Shown here one piece after another: positions 55,927 to 64,000 of a DNA stretch of 64,000 bases. How positions within the stretch are numbered: position 1 is the first letter of the stretch; every line of letters begins with the position of its first letter. Where the stretch lies: NCBI GenBank assembly GCA_020891255.1, contig BQFW01000005.1:1612001-1676000 (forward strand). Reading direction: 5' to 3'. Under the pieces are notes generated by a model. It was not told the origin of the DNA and did not search any database. It saw only the letters and a list, made by a program, of their open reading frames with translations. A program made the translations under genes and the position numbers. Origin of the DNA: Entomortierella parvispora E1425. Taxonomy: Eukaryota; Fungi; Mortierellomycota.

Positions 55927-58435
55927 ATGGTCAGCACCGAAACCTCCTCCGTCACCTCTCTAGACGGCAAGATTGTCTATCCTCAAGTCCATCCGATGTC
56001 ACCTACACTCAGCATGGCGTGACTGTTGCTGATCCTTACCGTTGGTTGGAAAATCTCAACTCGGAGGAGACAAAGGCTTTTGTCGAGGCTCAGAACAAGA
56101 CTGCCGCCAAGTTTATGAACAAGTTTGAGGACAAGCAAAAGTTCAAGGATCGGTAAGGATGGTGTGGGTGTGCTTCCTGACCATCATCCCATTCAACAAA
56201 AATAACGAGACCTATTGCTAATCTGTCTCTGCATCAGCTTAACTGAGCTCTTCAACTTTGAGCGATTTGGCGTTCCTCGCAAGCGCGGTGACTATTACTA
56301 CTATTTCCGCAACTCTGGTTTACAGTCTCAGCATGTACTTTACCAGCTGGATACCCCCAAGTCCGAGCCGCGTGTTTTCTTGGACCCTGGAGCGCTGGAG
56401 GCTGATGGAACGGCTTCCCTGAAAACCCACAGCTTCTCGCACTCAGGAAAGTTAATGGCCTATGTCATCTCCAGATCTGGGTCTGACTGGTGCACGATTT
56501 ACCTCATGGACTGTCATGGCAACAAGTTGGACGATGTTATTGAGTGGGTAAAGTTTACCCAGACTGCCTTTACCCATGATGATAAAGGTTTCTATTACGT
56601 TGTAAGTTTCACTTCTTTGTTTTCTCTTCTTTTTTTTTTCTTTTCCTCGCGCTATCGGCGATACCCATTAATCCCTTTGATTGTACTTTTTAAAGACCTA
56701 TGAAGGGCTTAATGTCGATGCTGTCAAGGCAGGAACTGAGACTGGCGCTGATCTCAACCAACGATTGCTCTACCATAAGATCGGCACGCCTCAGTCAGAG
56801 GATGTCCTTGTCCATCTCGACCGCGATAACCCTTCGTACAGATTCATTCCTAAGATCTCTGATGACGGAAAATACATCCTCATGACCATCAAAAAGGACA
56901 CTGCTCCCGCCTCCATGTTATATATCGGTGATCTCGAAACCGCCAACAATATCATTACATTGGGCCACAACTGGAACAAAATTGTCGATTGTTTCAAGTT
57001 CAGATATTATTAGTAATGTATAAGGATTCTTGAAACGGACATAATGTGTCTAGATCCTCTCCTGACTTAACTTGCCCTTACTTGACTGAAAATGCTGCAC
57101 CATAGCTTGACCAGCGATGGCACTGTCTTCTACTTCGATACAAATAAGGACGCTCCCCGCAGTAAGATTGTCAAGTACGATTTGTCCAAGCCAGAGGAGG
57201 TAAAAACTTTTAATAATTCTTTGATGTATCCAACTTGAACATTTGTCTATCTCCATGACACTCACAATAATTTCAATAATTCCGGCAATTACAGGGGTTC
57301 ATCGATCTTGTACCTCAGTCTGAGGACGTTTTGGTCAATTCTTCTGTCGTGGACGGCAACAAGTTGGTGCTAACCTATATGCGCGATGTGAAGGACATCA
57401 TTGTTGTTGACCTCTGGGCAGCTCCTCCATCAGATCCCTCTTCCCGTCGGCACACTTGGCGATATTGTCGGAGACCGTGAGAGCCGGGAATTCTTTATCT
57501 TTTTCACGTCCTTCCTCACTCCTGGTACGCTATATAGTTATGACTTTGGCGTTGAGGACCAGGAGAAGCGTCTATCGATTTTCCGAGAGATAAGCGTCAA
57601 GAACTTTGATAGCACTTTGTTTGAGACTAAGCAAGTTTTCTATGAGAGCAAGGATGGTACCAAGATCCCTATTTTTGTTACTCATAGGAAAGACCTTGTC
57701 TTCGATGGCAACAATCCAACTTTTTTGTTTGGATATGGTGGTTTCTCGTCCTCGCTCAAGGCTGGTTTCACGTTTGCGCACATTGTCTTCATGCAGCACT
57801 TTGGAGGTGTTGTCGCCGTTGCCAACCTTCGTGGTGGCGGAGAGTACGGTCAGAACTGGCATAGCGCTGGGACCTTGTTGAACAAGCAAAACGTTTTCGA
57901 CGACTTCCAGTATGCCGCCAAATATCTCATCAACGAAAAGTACACCCAGGCCTCCAGGTTGGCCATCAATGGACAATCGAACGGTGGTCTTCTTGTTGCT
58001 GCTTGTGTTAACCAGGCACCCGAACTCTTCGGCGCCGCCGTTGCCGAAGTGTCAGGCTTGGATATGTTGCGGTTTCACAAGTTTACTATTGGTCACAGTT
58101 GGCAATCCGAATATGGCTATCCAGATGACACGGTCGAGGACTTTCACAACCTTCTCAAGTACAGTCCCCTCCACAATGTTCACAAGAACAAGCCGTATCC
58201 CGCCTTTGCCTTGTTCACTGCTGACCACGATGACCGTGTTGTTCCCCTGCACTCGTACAAGCACATTGCCGAGCTGCAGCACACTGCTGGGCCTTTGACC
58301 AGAAATCCCCTTGTTCTGCGAACCGCAACCAAGACTGGACATGGAGAAGGAAAACCTCTTGCTAAGCGTATAGAGGAGACCACAGACAAGTTCGCGTTTA
58401 TTGCAGCCGCCATTGGTGCGACTTGGAGAGACTAG
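55927..58435 (+). pseudogene. Prolyl oligopeptidase copy 2 with two frameshifts
   Basis: Colinear with copy 1, same intron positions, triad GQSNGG/DHDDRV/TGHG retained. A net 4-nt deletion at about 55993 and a net 8-nt deletion at about 57408 break the frame. Confidence 0.85.
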
Positions 58436-58593
58436 ATCCCATAGATTCTATTAAAGACAATACCTCACAGCCCAGTCACCTCCATCCAGTAGGTCTACAC
58501 CAACCCCTGCATACACTGAATCAAAATTAGAAGTCGATCTCCACGGACTTCGCTATTTTCCCGCACACAGTTCGAAGTTACAGATATGATTTC

Positions 58594-59200
58594 TGTCACG
58601 GTTAGATAAGGCAGGAACAAGAAGGAAAGGGAAAGGTATCGTTTATTGTGAATTGCAGACTGAGGATCACGGCTATAGATCAAGGGGGTTTATATACTAG
58701 AAAGGTGGTGCGGGCCTGGACTTAGTCTGCGTTGAGTCAGGGAGGACACTGGAAGAGTACTGTACTGCACATGTTTTTGTTTAATGGCCATGGCTATGTC
58801 AGCACAATTCTCCAGTTGCTCAGTGGGGCTCATTCGTCGGCTTCTCTGCCGTGGCCTTTCCATGAAACCAAAAATTAATGTTGCCTGCGGTGGCACCCCT
58901 CTTCGCCATCAAGTGCTATCTTTCGAGATCTGGAGGTAGAAAATAAGGTTGAAAAGAGTCGATGTGGAAGACGCTGTCGCGCTTGTAGAAACATTCAACG
59001 CGAATGGTCACTGGTGAGTTTTGCTTCAACAGTGTGAAGGGTCCAAGGTTCTGCGGTCGCAATTTATCGGCTCGTTTGGTGCCGTCGGCTGGCTGTGATT
59101 TTTGTGGCATCTGCTGTCACAGAGACGATCATCGCCTCTTCATATCCAAGAAGGAATTGAGAAGAATGCAGAAGAGACAAAAGAGGAGAGTAAATAGACA
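58594..59200 (-). mobile_element. Chromovirus (Ty3/Gypsy) relic: integrase C-terminus, chromodomain and partial 3' LTR
   Basis: DKLRPQNLGPFTLL...VFHIDSFQPY (GPF/Y module), followed by FLVSWKGHG...LENC (chromodomain, with stops). The LTR end at 58594 (tgtcacggt on +) resembles the solo LTR ends. Confidence 0.8.
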
Positions 59201-59808
59201 AAAGACGGGAAACGCGAAAGTTTTTACTGCCACGTGAGATTTGAGCAGCCGCGTGCGCGTATTGCTTCACCTTTGGGTTGTTTCACTCTCTTCCTCCTCT
59301 CTTTTCTCTTTTCTTGTTTGGCGTTCTTTCTCAGCCTCTTTCTCAGGCATTTCTCTTTACTCTTAGTCCACTTAGACCACTGCTCTTGTCGCCTTTGTCC
59401 TTACGTGGTCATTATGATAACTCGTACCTCGATATCTAGTCCCCTATTTTACTTTGTGTCGTCATCATGCATAGCATTCATGGGGCCATTGCTTAAAGTG
59501 ACCGACACTTTTACTCCTTCTATTCTGATCTCCACGTACTTTTTCACAAATCAAAATATAAGGTCATGGAATTGTTCGAAACCAGTCTTGCAGAGCCAGC
59601 ATCATTGCCAGTACCAACCACATACCAATAGCCCTCCAGTACGGCGGAGGAGCTGCTGAATTGGCAGTTTTCATTTTTCGTCTCAAGCTACGCCTCTCTT
59701 GTAATCTACCAATGGTAAATCTATCCCAGCTGTTACGATCCGCTTGTACCTTTACTTTTGTGTGCAAAATTGAATGTTTGGGGTTTTCTGTGTTTTTCTG
59801 TGTTTTTC

Positions 59809-59846
<38 letters not shown>

Positions 59847-61865
59847 AAAGGACTCGTTGAGCACATCTGCCCCATTTCCTAGTGTTTACTGTTACAGCAA
59901 CAGTATTACAGTACCAAAGAAGACAGGGATACATTAAAGCTTTTGGCTTTTGATATCAGGGAGTACAGGTCCACCGACGACATGTACTGTACAGCACAAA
60001 AATGAGCGCGTTCACCAGAAGTACTGACCCATCGGAGTGTAGGTTTCAGTATAAATGACAATAAACGAAGGTACCTAGGAATGAGTGACAGAACCGAGTT
60101 AGTTCAGTAAACAAGTCCCTATGTACCAGTGATGAAAGAAGGATTGCCTGTCAGTAGATCATGTCCTGTTACAGGCCATTTAGGAGATACTTTGATTGTT
60201 ATGAGTTGTGTGGCAGGAATTTGTTGTTGCCAAATATTAAGAAATCAAGTGATAGATGAAGAGGGGAGAAAAGATAGTGATGAAGGAAAGGTGGAAGGAA
60301 GGCGGAAGGAGGAGAGGAGAGTAAGATGTGGATGGAAAAAAGAGAACGCGAAACAAAAGAATGCGAGATTTGAGCAAACTAGATTCTTTGCCAATGGAGA
60401 TGAAAGAGCGTGGAGAAGCGGTATGAAGAGCATGGGTGATGCATGCACATAGAAGTGCAGGCATCGAGAGGCTAGAGAAGCACCCTTACTAGGACACCTG
60501 TAGTCTCCCTATCCAGAAAACACGACGCCACCAACCTCTATTCCAAAAGGGCTCTACGCCGCCCGCATGCAAACTTTGGGCAGCACACGATCTATCCCAC
60601 TCGCTCACCATTGATCTCCACTTTGTTTATTTGCACCCATTTTGTTTGTTTGTTTGTTTGTTTGTTGTGTGATCATGTTTTCTTCATTTGCGCATGTCCT
60701 TCTTTGGATTGTTCCTGGCCGCTTGTGCAAAGGAGCCTTCGACAGGGAAGCGGAGAGCGGATCTGCCGCTTACTGATGGTTATTATTGTTGTTACACTGT
60801 ACTGCACTGTACATACTTTCGGCCATTGCAGCCCGCAAATTGGTACTGTGTGTAGATAAGTGTGCCTTAGCCTGTTGCCCCAGATCCACCCCAGGTGCCA
60901 TTCACAGGGACAGAAGCGACTAGTGATGCAGCACTGCCACGATCGTGTGCGCCTTGCACTCGGCTAATATCACAGTGGTGTCTTGCAATGAAGACTCCCA
61001 CGATTTCAGCATCCCAATCATTTGACATAAGGCCAAAGAACCTCACCCCGTCCTCTGTCTCCTCTTCCAGCCAGTACACACGCGGCGCAAGGTTGAATGA
61101 ACGACAGGGAAGAGAGGAGTTTTTGGTGTTTTGTCCAGAGAAACAAACGGTTGCTCGAGCACTTAACAGAGGACCGGCGATTGAATCATCATCTTTCTCC
61201 GTCCAGAGTGGTCTGCTCCCCGTCTCTTTCAAACCTTCACCTCTTTTCTCTTTGGTTTCCCTCTTTGTTCACGTCCCCTTCGCCATCTCTCTTTGTCTGC
61301 CCTCATTCGTCTCCATCCTCTCATTCAATCGCTCCATCCTCTCCCTTTCCATTCTGTCCCTCTTCCGCTCCACATTCTGTCCAACGGTTCAATATTTTTT
61401 TTTGTAACACGCACACAAACACACACACACACATCAAATTGTCGTCTGCATTACCTTTGTCAGCCACTGTTGTCCCTCGCCCTCCGTTCGCCCAGCCCTT
61501 GTACACCCTTCCTTCACCTTCCCTCACCTTCCCTCACTCTCTTCAACGGCAAGAACCACCCCCAAAAAAACAGGGGACCTACAATCCACCACACCCCTAA
61601 TTCGTGCCGACCTGGCTGTAATAATCTGTTGGGTCTGACTCAGTTCCCCTGACTTCAGTTCCACCGCACCCTCACCCTTTATTTTTACCCTTGTCGCCAA
61701 CAAAGCACTGGCAAGGAGAGAAAGAGAGAGAGGATCGACTATCAGGAGGAACGCTCTTCTATCCCGTTCAGGCACACAGCGCCAGCCATCCATCAAACCG
61801 AGCAAACAAAAAACGGCGCTAGTCTCCAGGGGTACATCCAGCGAGACCGTTTCCAACTGCCAGTG

Positions 61866-64000
61866 ATGGCCTCTGCACTACCCTCACCGTCCTCATCAAG
61901 GACGAGGACCAGTATTGGACGACTCGGCCCCGCACCACAATCCTTTTGTCAATTCGTTCTCCTCTTACTCGTCGCTCTCAGTTTCCTCTTCAACAACAAT
62001 ATACCCGCGGCCGAGGCCGCACTGGCAGTCCGCTCCAGCAACGCCAGCACAGTCGACTACCGCTCCTGGGACCCTTTCCAGGGAGTGTCTCCTCATTACA
62101 CACTCTCCGGTATCTTGGTCTTGGGCCAGGTGCAAGTCGACTGCAACGTGAACGTCGTGAACGCATCAAGTGCTGCAAAGGCTGGTCAGGCTATCCTAAC
62201 AGCCGTTGACCCATTAAATCCTATTGAGGATACCATTTTGATCCTTCGATACGACTGGTTGGACAACTGCGCGACCTTTGACGATGTAAGTACTTTCTCC
62301 TTTTCCTTCCTCATCTCCCTCCTGCGACTCCATCTGCATTCTCTTTCTCCCATCCGGCTCTCTATCCCTCATGACCTTGAATCTCGTATGAAAATTCCCT
62401 CACGCGCCACGCGGTGAGAGTGCCTGCATCATGTTCGGCTCCTCTGTGTCACCCAAAAGGCAACATGCTTGCTCCTTTTCTATTCAGTTCAACAAAGGCC
62501 CTGAGAGTGCCTGCAGTAGTACGACAGATCTTCCTGCAAGGCGCAAGCCAGCCATGCGTGGGCATTAACCAAGACGGAGTTGAAGCACCACTAGAGCATT
62601 GAGCACCCCACTGCGCTGGGTCTAGACCCACTTTTTTTTTTCTATGGGTCTTCTTCAGAGAGCCCTCTTTCCAGGTGTCTTTTTATCCCGGGTCGGCAAT
62701 TCCACTCTTCCTGCTTCCTCCTTCCTCATTGATGAGGGATGCTCACATTTTTCATATTGTGTTTTTTTCGGCATGGTTATGGTTTTTTTGTGGTTTACAT
62801 TTTCATTCTCCACTTTTCTGCTTTCCGTCTGGCGGCAAAAAAAGAAGTGATGTGATCATGCGAGAGCCTGGCTCGAAACTGGGTGAGGAGGGGAATAAAG
62901 TGGGGCTGATGTGCTACGGAGGAGGTCGCGTCGTGGTGATAATGATGATGATGATATTGCATTGCATGCTGATACCCGGGGGCACTGACATTCAATTTTT
63001 TCTAACGCCACCCCCATTCATCTCACCTTTTCCCCCCCTCACCCCTGCTTTCCTCTCTCTGGCGGCGATTTTTTTTTATAGATCTTTGCTAAGCTCGATA
63101 GCCTCGACACCCAGCTCCTGTCCCTGTCCCTGCCCAAGGTCGGGGCAGTCGTCATGGATGGCAATGCTCTCAGCGATGAGGATTTCGGGTCGCCGTTTAT
63201 CCAACTGGCCGATGCCAAACACTGGAACACGGACGAGCGCCTCAACATCTCGTTCGTTGGATCTGATACTGTCCTTGCCTTGGCCGAATTGCTCTTTGAG
63301 GCCGATGCCGCCGCTTTGGCAACGGTCGTGCAAGAGAACGGACCTTGGAATGTCCTTTGGAAGTCGATCTGGTTCAATGTGGTGATCCGAGGTCTGGATG
63401 TCTTGACGGGTCTTATCTTTGTCTATGGACTCTGGGTGTTGGCGTTCATTGCAAGGGCCAAAAAGGACACGCAGCACTACAAGCGTTATCTGATCCTGAT
63501 CCCTGGATGCTTTTACTTGCCCCTCTCGATCGCCTTTGCGCCTTACAAGGTCACTGTGCCCTGGAGGAACGCAGTGTACTACCTGTGCCTGCTCTTCCCC
63601 TTCATCTCGTTGGGTCTTCAAATCACCATGTGGTCCAAGTTGATCTACCGCATCAAGCGCAAAAAGGCCAACAAGATCTTTTCATACTACAGCTATATCA
63701 CGATCTTGGTCCCGGTCTTGTCCTCGTTCCTGGACGGCATTGGCTGGCTCATCCCCTCGGCACCCGTGATCCGTATGATTGGTGAAAGGGGCTTCTCCTA
63801 TGTGACGCCAGCCGTCATCCTGATCCAGGCCGGATTGATTTTCTATTACGCCATCACCTTCTTCAGGTCCCTCCAAGGCGTCGCCGTTTCTCAGACCACA
63901 AGGACTGCCCTGGTCAAGATCACAGTCCTGAACCTGGCCATGATCTCCTTCTTCATCCTCATGCTGCTGTCTCGTATTGTATCGGTCCTGGGCCTGAACA
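61866..64000 (+). CDS. Signal peptide + PA-like ectodomain + at least 6 TM segments (receptor-like); 3' end outside the window
   Basis: Exon 1 61866-62285, intron 62286-63081, exon 2 open to the window end. ILILRYDWLDNCATFDD|IFAKL...KVGAVVMD resembles a PA domain and is followed by six hydrophobic helices. Confidence 0.8.

Noticed and set aside
60867-61232. 121-aa minus-strand ORF
   Set aside because: No recognisable motif or splice context; it lies upstream of the receptor-like gene and is probably incidental.
1-64000. CRISPR arrays, tRNA genes, telomeric repeats
   Set aside because: No repeat-spacer arrays, cloverleaf/A-B box candidates or terminal telomere tracts were seen by eye; tRNAscan-SE and Infernal were not run.

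Overview
Eukaryotic, intron-containing fungal DNA. The gene set and protein style suggest an early-diverging fungus, probably Mortierellaceae (Mucoromycota); this is my inference and can be tested with the 28S fragment at 43449-43875. Conserved core genes are SEN15, DPM3, DPM2, a GRAM/TBC Rab-GAP, MED13, PEX14, RTR1/RPAP2, a prolyl oligopeptidase and a PY-motif protein. They alternate with accessory tracts. (1) A 5.3-kb left island holds a textbook class II hydrophobin (a family I know only from Ascomycota), two other small secreted or membrane ORFs, a 206-bp tandem array with two nested solo LTRs, and a decayed 28S rDNA piece. (2) An apparently intact MULE transposase gene lacks visible TIRs. 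(3) 26-34.5 kb carries an F-box/Cys-rich gene, its dead paralog, secreted orphans and a MITE. (4) 43.4-59 kb carries rDNA fragments, an inverted prolyl oligopeptidase duplicate with two frameshifts, several pseudogene remnants and a chromovirus (Ty3/Gypsy) relic whose LTR end resembles the solo LTRs. Best leads: the candidate horizontally acquired hydrophobin island, the tail-to-tail DPM2-DPM3 pair, and the POP duplication. Exon boundaries were read by eye and no database searches were run.
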